This document shows, piece by piece, positions 41,555 to 51,338 of a DNA stretch of 64,000 nucleotides. Origin of the DNA: an uncultured Actinomycetota bacterium (GTDB lineage Bacteria; Actinomycetota; Actinomycetes; Propionibacteriales; Nocardioidaceae). The notes under the pieces are model-generated. The model saw only the letters and a program-made list of their open reading frames with translations. It had not been told where the DNA came from and did no database searches. The first letter of the stretch is position 1; the number at the start of each line of letters is the position of its first letter. A program made the translations under genes and the position numbers. Location: the NCBI GenBank assembly GCA_963696245.1, contig CAVOJM010000002.1, forward strand, positions 18,776-82,775. The letters are read 5' to 3'.

Positions 41555-42582
41555 GCGACGAGACCCCCGGCCTCGATCTCGAGGCCTTCCGCGGCTGGTA
41601 CGACGCCCAGCGACCCGGCGAGATCGCCGGCGACCTTCGGGCGAAGGTGATCGCGGGCGGCCGGTCCAACCTGACCTACGAGGTCACCGACGGCAGCTCA
41701 TGGTGGATCGTGCGACGACCCCCGCTCGGCCACGTGCAGGCGACCGCCCACGACATGGGCCGCGAATACACGGCGATCAGCGCGCTCGGCGACACCGACG
41801 TGCCGGTGCCGACGGCCTACGCCCACTGCACCGACGCCGACGTGCTGGGTGCGCCGTTCTACGTGATGGAGCGGATCCTCGGCACGGCGTACCGCTCCCG
41901 CACCCAGCTCGAGCCGCTCGGAGCCGAGCGCACGGCCACGATCGCCGGCCGGATGATCGACGTCCTCGCGGCCCTGCACGCGGTCGACCCGGCGGAGGTC
42001 GGGCTCGGCGAGTTCGGCCGCCCGGCCGGCTTCCTCGAGCGCCAGGTGCGCCGCTGGGGCAAGCAGCTCGAGGGCTCGAAGACTCGGGAGCACCCTGACG
42101 CCGAGGAGCTGCACCGCCTGCTCACCGCCCGCGTGCCCGCGGATGACAACCCGTCGGTCGTCGGGATCGTGCACGGCGACTACCGCCTCGACAACCTGCT
42201 CACCGGCGACGACGACCAGATCAAGGCCGTCGTCGACTGGGAGATGGCGACGCTCGGCGACACCCGCACCGACGTCGCGCTGCTGCTGGTCTACGACCGG
42301 CTCGCGTCGCTGCCCGGCAGCGGTCTGGTCTCCGACGTGAGCACCGCGCCCGGCTACCCGGACACCGCGACCCAGCTGGAGAGGTACGCCGTGGCGAGCG
42401 GCCGCGACCTCGGCGACATGGGGTTCCACCTCGGGCTCGCCTACTTCAAGCTCGCGGTCATCCTCGAGGGCATCAACTTCCGCTACCTGCAGGGCCAGAC
42501 CGTCGGCGAGGGCTTCGACCAGATCGGTGCCGGTTTCGACCCGCTGATCGCGGCCGGCCTCGACGCACTACAGAGGGACTGA
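41551..42582 (+). CDS. APH-family phosphotransferase (ACAD10/11 kinase-domain/LvaA-like)
   Basis: GGRSNLTY, RRPPLG, AHDMGRE, HGDYRLDN, DWEMATLGD. Confidence 0.9.
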   Translation: MSDETPGLDLEAFRGWYDAQRPGEIAGDLRAKVIAGGRSNLTYEVTDGSSWWIVRRPPLGHVQATAHDMGREYTAISALGDTDVPVPTAYAHCTDADVLGAPFYVMERILGTAYRSRTQLEPLGAERTATIAGRMIDVLAALHAVDPAEVGLGEFGRPAGFLERQVRRWGKQLEGSKTREHPDAEELHRLLTARVPADDNPSVVGIVHGDYRLDNLLTGDDDQIKAVVDWEMATLGDTRTDVALLLVYDRLASLPGSGLVSDVSTAPGYPDTATQLERYAVASGRDLGDMGFHLGLAYFKLAVILEGINFRYLQGQTVGEGFDQIGAGFDPLIAAGLDALQRD

Positions 42583-42589
42583 GACACAG

Positions 42590-43819
42590 ATGGACTTCGA
42601 CTTCGACGACAAGACCAAAGAGCTGCACGCCACTCTGTCGACCTTCATGGCCGACCGGATCGTGCCCTCCGAGGCGACCTTCCACGAGCAGCTGGCGGCC
42701 TCCGACGACCGCTGGGCGTGGTCACGGGTGCCGGTGCTCAAGGAGCTGCAGGCCGAGGCCCGCGAGCTCGGGCTCTGGAACTTCTTCCTGCCTCCCGAGC
42801 ACGCGGACAGCCCCGGCGTCACCAACCTGCAGTACGCCCCACTCGCCGAGCTCACCGGCCGCAGCGGCCACCTCGCGCCCGCCGTACTCAACTGTGCTGC
42901 GCCCGACACCGGCAACATGGAGGTGCTGTCGCTCTTCGGCACCCCCGAGCAGAAGGAGCGCTGGCTCCAGCCCCTGCTCAAGGCCGAGATCCGCTCGTCG
43001 TTCGCGATGACCGAGCCCGACGTCGCGTCCTCGGACGCCACCAACATCGAGACCCGGATCGAACGCGACGGTGACGAGTACGTCCTCAACGGTCGCAAGT
43101 GGTGGATCACCGGCGCGATGAACCCAGACGCCGAGATCATGATCGTGATGGGCAAGACCGACCCGTCGGCGTCGCGCCACCGCCAGCAGAGCCAGATCCT
43201 CGTGCCGCGCGACACTCCCGGCCTCGAGGTCGTCCGGCCGATGCACGTCTTCGGCTACGACGACCACGAGCACGGCGGTCACGCCGAGCTCCGGTTCACC
43301 GACGTCCGAGTCCCGGCCACCAACCTGATCGGCGAGGAAGGCGCAGGCTTCGCGATCGCCCAGGCTCGCCTGGGTCCTGGGCGCATCCACCACTGCATGC
43401 GGTCGATCGGCGTCGCCGAGGCCGCGATCGAGCTGATGTGCCGCCGGGCCGAGGCGCGCGTTGCCTTCGGTCGGCCGATCGCCAACCAGGGCGTCGTCCG
43501 CGACTGGATCGCCGAGTCGCGGGTGCGGATCGAGCAGCTGCGGCTGCTGGTCCTCAAGACCGCCTGGCTGATGGACACGGTCGGCAACCGCGGTGCCCAC
43601 ACCGAGATCCAGGCGATCAAGATCGCCACGCCCCAGACCGTGCAGTGGATCCTCGACAAGGCGATCCAGGTGCACGGCGCCGGCGGTCTCTCGCAGGACT
43701 TCCCGCTGGCCGCGTCGTACGCCGGCATCCGCACGCTGCGCTTCGCCGACGGTCCCGACGAGGTGCACAAGAACTCCCTGGCCAAGAACGAGATCGCGAG
43801 GCACAGCACGAATGGATGA
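42590..43819 (+). CDS. acyl-CoA dehydrogenase (ACAD10/11/LvaC-like)
   Basis: NCAAPDTGNMEVL, FAMTEPDVASSDATN, QARLGPGRIHHCMR, RFADGPDEVH. Confidence 0.93.
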   Translation: MDFDFDDKTKELHATLSTFMADRIVPSEATFHEQLAASDDRWAWSRVPVLKELQAEARELGLWNFFLPPEHADSPGVTNLQYAPLAELTGRSGHLAPAVLNCAAPDTGNMEVLSLFGTPEQKERWLQPLLKAEIRSSFAMTEPDVASSDATNIETRIERDGDEYVLNGRKWWITGAMNPDAEIMIVMGKTDPSASRHRQQSQILVPRDTPGLEVVRPMHVFGYDDHEHGGHAELRFTDVRVPATNLIGEEGAGFAIAQARLGPGRIHHCMRSIGVAEAAIELMCRRAEARVAFGRPIANQGVVRDWIAESRVRIEQLRLLVLKTAWLMDTVGNRGAHTEIQAIKIATPQTVQWILDKAIQVHGAGGLSQDFPLAASYAGIRTLRFADGPDEVHKNSLAKNEIARHSTNG

Positions 43820-44990
43820 GGCACAGCTGAAGGAGCGGGTCGACCAGTTCCTCGCCGACAACCCGCCGACGTCGACCGACCGGCTCGACTTCCTGCACGC
43901 GCGCTTCGACGCCGGCCTGGCCTGGGTGCACTTCCCGGAAGGCCTCGGCGGGCTCGGCCTCCCGCGCGGGATGCAGCCGACCGTCGAGAAGGCGCTCTAC
44001 AAGGCGGGCGCCCCCGACAACGACCCGCGCAAGATCGGCATCGGCCTCGGCATGGCCGCGCCGACGATCCTGGCGTTCGGCACGGATGAGCAGAAGCAGC
44101 GCTACCTGCGGCCGCTGTGGTGCGGCGAGGAGGTGTGGTGCCAGCTCTTCTCCGAGCCGGGCGCCGGCTCCGACCTTGCGGGCCTGTCGTCGCGCGCGGT
44201 GCTCGACGGCGACACCTGGATCGTCAACGGACAGAAGGTGTGGACGTCCTCCGCCCACGTCGCCGACCGGGCGATCCTGATCGTGCGCACCGACCCCGAC
44301 CAGCCCAAGCACGCCGGGCTCTCCTACTTCGCCCTCGACATGCACGATCCGGGTGTCGAGGTCCGACCGCTGCGCCAGATCACCGGTGAGGCGGAGTTCA
44401 ACGAGGTCTTCCTGACCGACGCCCGGATCCCCGACTCCGACCGCCTCGGCGAGGTCGGCGAGGGCTGGAAGGTCGCCAACGCGACGCTCTCCAACGAGCG
44501 GGTCGCGATCGGCGGCGGCGCCTTCCCGCGTGAGTTCGGCATGGTCATGAAGGTCGCCAAGACGTGGCGCGAGCGGCCGGAGCTGCGCACCCCGGAGACC
44601 CACGAGCGCCTGCTGCGTGGCTGGATCGACACCGAGGTCGCCCGCATCACGGCCACCCGGCTGCGGCAGAAGATGGCCGTCGGCGTACCCGGTCCCGAGG
44701 GCTCGGCCATGAAGCTCTCCTTCGCCAAGATCAACCAGCAGCTCTCCTCCCTCGAGGTCGACCTGCTCGGCGACGACGGCCTGCGCTACGAGAGCTGGGA
44801 GATGCGCCGGCCCACCCACGTCGACTTCTTCGGCAGGGACGCCGGCTTCCGCTACCTGCGGGCCAAGGGCAACTCGATCGAGGGAGGTACGTCGGAGGTG
44901 CTGCGCAACGTGGTCTCCGAGCGCATCCTCGGCCTCCCGACCGAGCACCGCGTCGACAAGGACATCCCGTGGAAGGACCTCCCCCGATGA
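43812..44990 (+). CDS. acyl-CoA dehydrogenase (alpha subunit type)
   Basis: WCQLFSEPGAGSDLA, NGQKVWTS, FNEVFL, IEGGTSEV. Confidence 0.92.
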   Translation: MDEAQLKERVDQFLADNPPTSTDRLDFLHARFDAGLAWVHFPEGLGGLGLPRGMQPTVEKALYKAGAPDNDPRKIGIGLGMAAPTILAFGTDEQKQRYLRPLWCGEEVWCQLFSEPGAGSDLAGLSSRAVLDGDTWIVNGQKVWTSSAHVADRAILIVRTDPDQPKHAGLSYFALDMHDPGVEVRPLRQITGEAEFNEVFLTDARIPDSDRLGEVGEGWKVANATLSNERVAIGGGAFPREFGMVMKVAKTWRERPELRTPETHERLLRGWIDTEVARITATRLRQKMAVGVPGPEGSAMKLSFAKINQQLSSLEVDLLGDDGLRYESWEMRRPTHVDFFGRDAGFRYLRAKGNSIEGGTSEVLRNVVSERILGLPTEHRVDKDIPWKDLPR

Positions 44991-46057
44991 CGATGACGAT
45001 GACCACTCCCGCCGACGTCAGCCTGCTGCCCGACGACGTCGAGACCGACCTGCGCTCCTCGGTGCGCAAGGTGCTCGACAAGCACGCCCCCACCGACCGG
45101 ATCAACGCGATCTACGACGGCACCGACGAGGTGTCCGGTCCGCTCTGGTCGGCGTTCACCGACCTCGGCCTTCCGGGCCTGCTCGTGCCCGAGTCGTTCG
45201 GTGGCGCGGGCGCCTCCGCCCGCGAGGCCGCCGCCGTCCTCGAGGAGCTCGGTCGGGCCGCCGCACCGTCGCCGTTCCTGACGTCGAGCGTGGTCGCGAC
45301 GACCGCACTGGTCGCGCTGGGTGATTCGCTGGGCGACACGACGATCCTGCCGGCGCTGGCCAGCGGCGAGCAGACAGCGGCCTTGCTGGTCCGCCCGACG
45401 GCGCTGCACCACGGGCCGGCCGCGCTGACCGTCGTGGGCGCACCCGCCGACGTACTCCTCCTGCCCGAGGGTGACGCGTTGTACGCCGTACGAGGTGCGA
45501 CCTTCACGCCGGTCCCCTCGCTCGACATGACCCGCCCCCTCGTCGAGGTCGACCTCACCAACGCCGAGCGCACGCTGGTCTCCGACGACGCAGGTGCCGC
45601 GATCGACAAGGCGCTGCTGACCGGTGCCGGGCTGCTCGCCGCCGAGCAGGTCGGCGTCGCGCGCTGGGCCCTGGAGACGACCATCGCCTACCTCAAGGAG
45701 CGCCGTCAGTTCGGCCGCGTCGTCGGTGGCTTCCAGGCGATCAAGCACCGGCTCGCCGACCTCTACGCCGAGGTCGAGCAGGCCGACGCTGCGGCGCGCT
45801 ACGCCGTGGCCACGCTCGCGGCCGACGACGCCGATGCCCCCATCGCCGTCGCGGTCGCCGCTGCCTTCTGCAGCGAGGTCGCGGTCCACGCGGCCGAGGA
45901 GGCGATCCAGCTGCACGGCGGCATCGGCATGACCTGGGAGCACCCGGCCCACCTGCACCTCAAGCGGGCCAAGGCCGACGCGCTGCTGCTCGGCTCCGCC
46001 GAGGCGCACCGCGCCGCGCTCGCCGTACTCATCGACCTGCCCGCACCCGAAAGGTGA
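44987..46057 (+). CDS. acyl-CoA dehydrogenase (shorter beta subunit type)
   Basis: ERRQFGRVVGGFQAIKHRLAD, IQLHGGIGMTWEH; reduced middle domain; ATGA-coupled to the previous gene. Confidence 0.88.
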   Translation: MTMTMTTPADVSLLPDDVETDLRSSVRKVLDKHAPTDRINAIYDGTDEVSGPLWSAFTDLGLPGLLVPESFGGAGASAREAAAVLEELGRAAAPSPFLTSSVVATTALVALGDSLGDTTILPALASGEQTAALLVRPTALHHGPAALTVVGAPADVLLLPEGDALYAVRGATFTPVPSLDMTRPLVEVDLTNAERTLVSDDAGAAIDKALLTGAGLLAAEQVGVARWALETTIAYLKERRQFGRVVGGFQAIKHRLADLYAEVEQADAAARYAVATLAADDADAPIAVAVAAAFCSEVAVHAAEEAIQLHGGIGMTWEHPAHLHLKRAKADALLLGSAEAHRAALAVLIDLPAPER

Positions 46058-46061
46058 CCCC

Positions 46062-47213
46062 ATGGACCTGACCCTGAACGAGGAGCAGCAGGCCTTCCGC
46101 GACCTCGCTCGCGACTTCCTCGACCGCGAGGCCATCCCGCACCGCACGCAGTGGGACCGCGACGAGTCCGTCGACCTCGACATCATCCCCAAGATGGCCG
46201 AGATCGGGTTCTTCGGGCTCACCATCCCCGAGGAGTACGGCGGCCTCGGTGGCGACTACCTCACCTACGTGCTCGGCATGGAGGAGCTCGGCCGAGCCGA
46301 CTCCGCCCTGCGCGGCATCGTGTCGGTGTCCAACGGGCTCTTCGGCAAGTCGGTGCTGGGCTTCGGCACCGAGGAGCAGAAGCAGGAGTGGCTGCCGCGG
46401 ATCTCCAACGGCACCTCGCTCGGCTGCTTCGGGCTGACCGAGCCCGACACCGGCTCCGACGCCGGCAACCTGACGTCGCGAGCGCGCAAGGACGGCGGCG
46501 ACTACGTCCTCAACGGTCAGAAGCTCTTCATCACCAACGGCACCTGGGCCGACGTCGCGCTGATCTTCGCGCGCACGAGCGACGACGGCCCGCGCGGCGT
46601 CTCGGCGTTCCTCGTCCCGACCGACACCCCCGGCTTCGAGGCCCGTGAGGTCAAGGGCAAGCTCGGGCTGCGCGGCCAGGCAACCGCCGAGCTGTTCCTC
46701 TCCGACGTCCGCGTGCCCGCGTCCGCCCTGCTCGGCGAGGAGGGGCGCGGCTTCAAGATCGCGATGACCACGCTCGACAAGGGCCGGGTCTCGGTGGCGT
46801 CCGGCTGCGTCGGCATCGTGCAGGGCTGCCTGGAGAGCTCGGTCGAGTACGCCACCACCCGCAAGCAGTTCGGCAAGCCGATCGCCGGCTTCCAGCTGGT
46901 GCAGGAGCTGATCTCCGACATGTCCGTCGACGCCGACGCCGCCCGGCTGCTGGTGTGGCGCTGCGCCGACCTGATCGACCGCGGCGAGCCGTTCGGCACG
47001 GCCGCGTCGAAGGCCAAGCTGTTCGCGTCGGAGGCCGCCGTACGCGCCGCCAACAACGCGATCCAGGTCTACGGCGGCGCCGGCTACATCGACGAGTACC
47101 CCGCGGCCAAGTACATGCGAGACGCCCGGGTGATGACCCTCTACGAAGGCACCAGCCAGATCCAGAAGCTGCTCATCGGCCGTGCCGAGACCGGCATCAA
47201 CGCGTTCGTCTAA
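46062..47213 (+). CDS. acyl-CoA dehydrogenase (short-chain-like)
   Basis: FGLTEPDTGSDA, GQKLFITNG, RKQFGKPI, LYEGTSQIQ. Confidence 0.93.
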   Translation: MDLTLNEEQQAFRDLARDFLDREAIPHRTQWDRDESVDLDIIPKMAEIGFFGLTIPEEYGGLGGDYLTYVLGMEELGRADSALRGIVSVSNGLFGKSVLGFGTEEQKQEWLPRISNGTSLGCFGLTEPDTGSDAGNLTSRARKDGGDYVLNGQKLFITNGTWADVALIFARTSDDGPRGVSAFLVPTDTPGFEAREVKGKLGLRGQATAELFLSDVRVPASALLGEEGRGFKIAMTTLDKGRVSVASGCVGIVQGCLESSVEYATTRKQFGKPIAGFQLVQELISDMSVDADAARLLVWRCADLIDRGEPFGTAASKAKLFASEAAVRAANNAIQVYGGAGYIDEYPAAKYMRDARVMTLYEGTSQIQKLLIGRAETGINAFV

Positions 47214-47223
47214 GGAGACCCCC

Positions 47224-48168
47224 GTGCCCCTCGACCCCGACCTCGCTGCCGTCCTCGCCTTCATGGCCTCGCTGGACCGGCCGCCCATGTCCGTCGGTAC
47301 GCCGGAGCTGGCGCGCGCCGGTTTCCGCGCCCTGACCGTCGACTCGCGACCGGCAGACCTGCTGCCGGCCGTCGCGTCGGTCGAGGACATCACCGTGCCC
47401 GGTGGGGCCGGAGAGCGTCCGGCCCGGGTCTACCGGCCCTCGACGCCCGGGCCGCTGCCGACGATCGTGCTGCTGCACGGCGGCGGCTTCGTGATCGGTG
47501 ACCTGGACACGCACGACCTCACCGCGCGCACGCTCGCCAACGGCTGCGACGCCGTGGTCGTCTCCGTCGACTACCGACTGGCCCCCGAGGACCCCTGGCC
47601 TGCCGGTGTCGAGGACGCGATCGCCGCCACCCGCTGGGCCGCGGAATCCCTGTCCACGCTGGGCGGAGACGACCGGCTCGCTGTCGCCGGCGACAGTGCC
47701 GGCGGCAACCTGTCGGCCGTCGTCGCCCAGACGATGCGGGACGAGGGCGTCCCCCTCGCCGGGCAGCTGCTGCTCTACCCGGTCACCGACCGGCGCGGCT
47801 CCTACCCCTCGCACGAGGAGAACGGCACCGGCTACTTCCTCGACCTCGACACGATGATGTGGTTCGACGAGCAGTACGTCGGCCACCTCCCCGACGTCGA
47901 CGTCACCGACCCGCGCCTCGCGCCGCTGCACGGCGACCTCACGGGTCTCGCGCCCGCCGTACTCGTCGTGGCCGAGTTCGATCCGCTCCGCGACGACGGC
48001 CTCGCCTACGCCGCCGCACTGTCAGCCGCCGGCGTCCCCGTCGAGGTCCGCACGTTCGACGGGATGATCCACGGCTTCGTCGACATGGGCCGTCACTCCC
48101 CCGCAGCCCAGGCCGCGGTCGAGGAGACGGTCGCGATGTTCCGCGACCTCCTCCACGGACCTCAGTAG
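47224..48168 (+). CDS. HSL-family esterase/lipase
   Basis: HGGGF, YRLAPE, GDSAGG, DPLRDDG, HGF. Confidence 0.93.
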   Translation: MPLDPDLAAVLAFMASLDRPPMSVGTPELARAGFRALTVDSRPADLLPAVASVEDITVPGGAGERPARVYRPSTPGPLPTIVLLHGGGFVIGDLDTHDLTARTLANGCDAVVVSVDYRLAPEDPWPAGVEDAIAATRWAAESLSTLGGDDRLAVAGDSAGGNLSAVVAQTMRDEGVPLAGQLLLYPVTDRRGSYPSHEENGTGYFLDLDTMMWFDEQYVGHLPDVDVTDPRLAPLHGDLTGLAPAVLVVAEFDPLRDDGLAYAAALSAAGVPVEVRTFDGMIHGFVDMGRHSPAAQAAVEETVAMFRDLLHGPQ

Positions 48169-48206
48169 CCGGGGGTGCGCGGGCACGGGGAGGAGCCTCC
48201 CACGGG

Positions 48207-49121
48207 TCAGGCGATCGGCAGCCGCCGGACGCTCGCGAACCGGCGTACCTCTCCGTCGATCGGGTCGTCGAGCTCGAGCTCGCTCGCGAGCAGCTGTAGC
48301 GGCCGGGTGAAGTCGTCGACCGAGACGTCGCTCAGGACGGGGTAGAGCGGGTCGCCCACGATCGGCGCACCGAGGCCGTGGAGGTGGAGGCGCAGCTGGT
48401 GGGTCCGACCGGTGCGCGGGGTGAGCCGGTAGACCGCGAGGTCGCCGTCGCGCGACTCCAGCTCGACCAGCGTCTCGGCGTTGACCGGCGCGCCAGGCAC
48501 GACCTCGGCCCGGACCTCGCCGCGCTCCTTGCGGATGTGGTTGCGCACGACGACCGGCTCCTCCAGCTCGGGGAGGTACGGCGCCAGCGCACGATAGGTC
48601 TTGCGGACCTCGCCCCGCTCGAAGAGCACCTGGTAGGGGCCGCGCCACCGTTGCTCGGTCGCGAGGACCAGCACGCCCGAGGTGATCCGGTCGAGCCGGT
48701 GCAGCGTCGAGAGCTCGGGCAGACCCAGCTCGTCGCGCAGCCGCACGACGACGCTCTGCCGGACGTGGTCCCCGCGCGGGATGCTCGACAGGAACGGCGG
48801 CTTGTCGACGACCACGAGCCGCTCGTCGCGATGGATCACGGTCAGTTCGCCCGGAACCACGGGCTCCTCACGCAGGTCGCGGTGGAACCACACGAACGTG
48901 TACGGCGTGTAGGGGTCGCCCTCGCGCACCGGGCTCAGGTCATCACGGACGAACCGCTCGTCGGCGATCAGCCCCGGCACGTCGACGCGCTCACCCAGCT
49001 TGTCGCGCAGCCAGGCTCCCATCGTCGGCCATGGCTCCGACCCGGACGGGTCGCGGTCCGGCGTACGCACCCAGGCGGCGCTGAGTCCGTGCCGCAGTGG
49101 CAGCGGCGAGTGCGGAGGCAT
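48207..49121 (-). CDS. RluA-family pseudouridine synthase
   Basis: VDKPP, HRLDRITSG, TGRTHQLRLH, IVGDPLY. Confidence 0.92.
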   Translation of the reverse strand: MPPHSPLPLRHGLSAAWVRTPDRDPSGSEPWPTMGAWLRDKLGERVDVPGLIADERFVRDDLSPVREGDPYTPYTFVWFHRDLREEPVVPGELTVIHRDERLVVVDKPPFLSSIPRGDHVRQSVVVRLRDELGLPELSTLHRLDRITSGVLVLATEQRWRGPYQVLFERGEVRKTYRALAPYLPELEEPVVVRNHIRKERGEVRAEVVPGAPVNAETLVELESRDGDLAVYRLTPRTGRTHQLRLHLHGLGAPIVGDPLYPVLSDVSVDDFTRPLQLLASELELDDPIDGEVRRFASVRRLPIA

Positions 49122-49130
49122 CCGCCGATG

Positions 49131-49856
49131 CTAGAGCCCGATCAGCGCACCGAGCACTCCGAGCGAAGCACTGGCCAGCAGCGCCAGGACGAACGCCCAG
49201 CCACCGCGCATCCGAGGCGCGCCGACCCGCGGTGGGGCGAGGCCGCTCGGCCCACCGAAGAGCAGGTAGCCGATCGTGCCGAGAGGAGCCGCGAACACGA
49301 AGAACCAGAACCACGCCCAACGGTTGGCCCGCCAGGGCCGGGGTCCACCGACGATCAGCATCAAGGTGCTCAGCCAGACCGCGAGACCGAAGAAGCCGGT
49401 CCACGAGGGGAGGCGCCACCCGAGCATCTCGGTGTGCCCGACCAGGCCATCGGCGTGGTGCACCACCAGGTCCGGATCGCTCGACAGCAGGTCGTCCTCG
49501 ACGTTCGAGACGACGGGTAGGTCGTTCCCCGGTCCGGCGCTCGGCGGGCGAGCCTCGATGACTTCGGCCACCCGAGCGATCGGACCACTGCGCCAGTGCA
49601 CCTCGACCGTGGCGGCACCACGCGAGCCGTCGACCAGGCCGCCCGAGATCGTGACCTCGTCGACGTCACCCTGGGCAATGGCGAGCCGGAGATCGCCGTA
49701 CGACGCCGTCCGCTCCCCGGCGACCAGGGCCGTCACCGCGAGCAGGGCACAGCAGGCGAGAAGGAACCAGCCCAGCCAGCGGACGCGTCCCCACCGTGGC
49801 TCGCGAGCGGGCCACGTCTGCGCGTCCGCATCGACCTCCGCAGCCCGAGTCGTCAT
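49131..49856 (-). CDS. hypothetical membrane protein
   Basis: ATG at 49856; several TM helices; PWRANRWAWFWF motif. Confidence 0.65.
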   Translation of the reverse strand: MTTRAAEVDADAQTWPAREPRWGRVRWLGWFLLACCALLAVTALVAGERTASYGDLRLAIAQGDVDEVTISGGLVDGSRGAATVEVHWRSGPIARVAEVIEARPPSAGPGNDLPVVSNVEDDLLSSDPDLVVHHADGLVGHTEMLGWRLPSWTGFFGLAVWLSTLMLIVGGPRPWRANRWAWFWFFVFAAPLGTIGYLLFGGPSGLAPPRVGAPRMRGGWAFVLALLASASLGVLGALIGL

Positions 49857-49860
49857 CAGG

Positions 49861-50004
49861 TCAGTTGTAGCGCAGCAGGAACTCGACGTCGGTGTCGCGC
49901 CCACCCTCGGGGTCCGGCGGCGGCTCGGGATCCTGGGACGCGACGGTGTCCTCGAGCTTGACCGGCTCGGGCAGGTGCCGGAACTTGTCCTCGGGCTCAG
50001 CCAT
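49861..50004 (-). CDS. small acidic/Pro-rich protein (47 aa)
   Basis: GGAGG-N7-ATG; MAEPEDKFRHLPEPVKLEDTVASQDPEPPPDPEGGRDTDVEFLLRYN; stop lies 4 nt before the next ATG. Confidence 0.7.
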   Translation of the reverse strand: MAEPEDKFRHLPEPVKLEDTVASQDPEPPPDPEGGRDTDVEFLLRYN

Positions 50005-50058
50005 GTGACCACCTCCATCGGTGTGACCCCTCCAGTGTGCCACTGCAAGAATCTGCGG

Positions 50059-50733
50059 GTGCCGAACGACTGGAACCAGCTCCTCGCCGACGCGACCGCC
50101 GACTTCGCTGCCCTCGCAGCCGACGCCGACCTCGACGCTCTCGTGCCGGACTGCCCCGGCTGGACGGTCGCGTCCCTGATCGTCCACCTCGGCGGTATCC
50201 ACCAGTGGGCGCGGCACGCCGTGGTCGAGGGCAACCCGGACGGAAGGCCCGAGCCCGCACCGGACGACGGCGCACTCGACGGGTGGTACCTCACGCACGC
50301 GGCCGCCCTGCTCGCTGAGCTCTCCGACCCGGACCGGCCGGCGTGGATCTTCGGTGACGGGCCGGGCACGGCTCGCTGGTGGTCGCGTCGCCAGGTGCAC
50401 GAGACCCGGATGCACACGCGCGACCTGCTGGTGGCGACCGGCCGCCTCGACGAATGGACTCTCGACCCCGCGCTGGCGTGGGACGGCGTCGACGAGGTGG
50501 CGACGATGTTCTACCCGCGGCAGCTGCGGCTCGGCCGGAGCAAGCCCCTACCCGCCAGCCTTCGGCTGGTCGCCACCGACCTGCCCGACGCGCGCCCGAT
50601 CGTCATCGGCGACGCCGAGCCGACGGTCGAGGTCAGCGCACCGGCGGCCGACGTGCTGCTGATGCTCTGGCACCGGCGCACCAGCGAGGACCCCGCAGCG
50701 GCCGTGCTGCTCGCACTCCCCTTCGCGCCCTAG
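50059..50733 (+). CDS. mycothiol-dependent maleylpyruvate isomerase family (DinB-like) protein
   Basis: VPDCPGWTVASLIVHLG, RRQVHETRMHTRD, DGVDEV. Confidence 0.85.
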   Translation: MPNDWNQLLADATADFAALAADADLDALVPDCPGWTVASLIVHLGGIHQWARHAVVEGNPDGRPEPAPDDGALDGWYLTHAAALLAELSDPDRPAWIFGDGPGTARWWSRRQVHETRMHTRDLLVATGRLDEWTLDPALAWDGVDEVATMFYPRQLRLGRSKPLPASLRLVATDLPDARPIVIGDAEPTVEVSAPAADVLLMLWHRRTSEDPAAAVLLALPFAP

Positions 50734-51338
50734 GCGCGACGCGTCTCGAGCACGCGGAAGCCCTTGGCGCTCGCGAGCCGCGACGTCGGGTAGCCCTGCT
50801 CACCCAGCCAGCGCTGCAGCGAGTCGGCGCCCAGGTTCTTGCCGACCACCATCACCGCGCGCCCGCCGGGCGCGAGCCGGGGCAGCCAGGTGAGGAGGAG
50901 CTCGTGCAGCGCCTCCTTGCCGATCCGGATCGGCGGGTTCGACCAGATCTCGTCGTACACCTCCCCCGACGGCACCTGGTCGGGTCGGCACGCGACGAAG
51001 CGGCCGTGGACACCCATGGCGCGTGCGTTCTCGTTGGCGAGGGCGATCGCGCGCTCGTTGACCTCGACGGCGGTGACGGACGCGAGAGGTACGGCGGCGG
51101 TGATGGCCAGCCCGATCACGCCGTACCCGCAGCCCAGGTCGAGGAAGCGGCCCTGGACCGGTGGCTCGGTCTCGCGGAAGAGGATCGCCGTCGCGTGGTC
51201 GAGGTGGCCTCGGCTGAAGACGCCGGCGCCGCTGACCAACGTCAGCTCGCGTCCCCACACCTCGCAGGTGAAGGTCTCGCGCGCGAACGGCACCGACGGG
51301 TCGGCGCTGAAGTAGTGCTCGTTCTCGGGATCAGTCAT
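50730..51338 (-). CDS. class I SAM-dependent methyltransferase (RsmC/MTS-like)
   Basis: HYFS, GVFS, LDLGCGYG, SNPPIRIGK. Confidence 0.9.
   Translation of the reverse strand: MTDPENEHYFSADPSVPFARETFTCEVWGRELTLVSGAGVFSRGHLDHATAILFRETEPPVQGRFLDLGCGYGVIGLAITAAVPLASVTAVEVNERAIALANENARAMGVHGRFVACRPDQVPSGEVYDEIWSNPPIRIGKEALHELLLTWLPRLAPGGRAVMVVGKNLGADSLQRWLGEQGYPTSRLASAKGFRVLETRRA

Noticed and set aside
41551-42582. Aminoglycoside resistance kinase
   Set aside because: Motifs and acyl-CoA dehydrogenase context fit the ACAD10/11-associated kinase group.
44987-45005. ATGACG x3 microrepeat at an ACAD start (MTMTMT)
   Set aside because: In-frame 6-bp unit at a coupled start; no phase-variation consequence.
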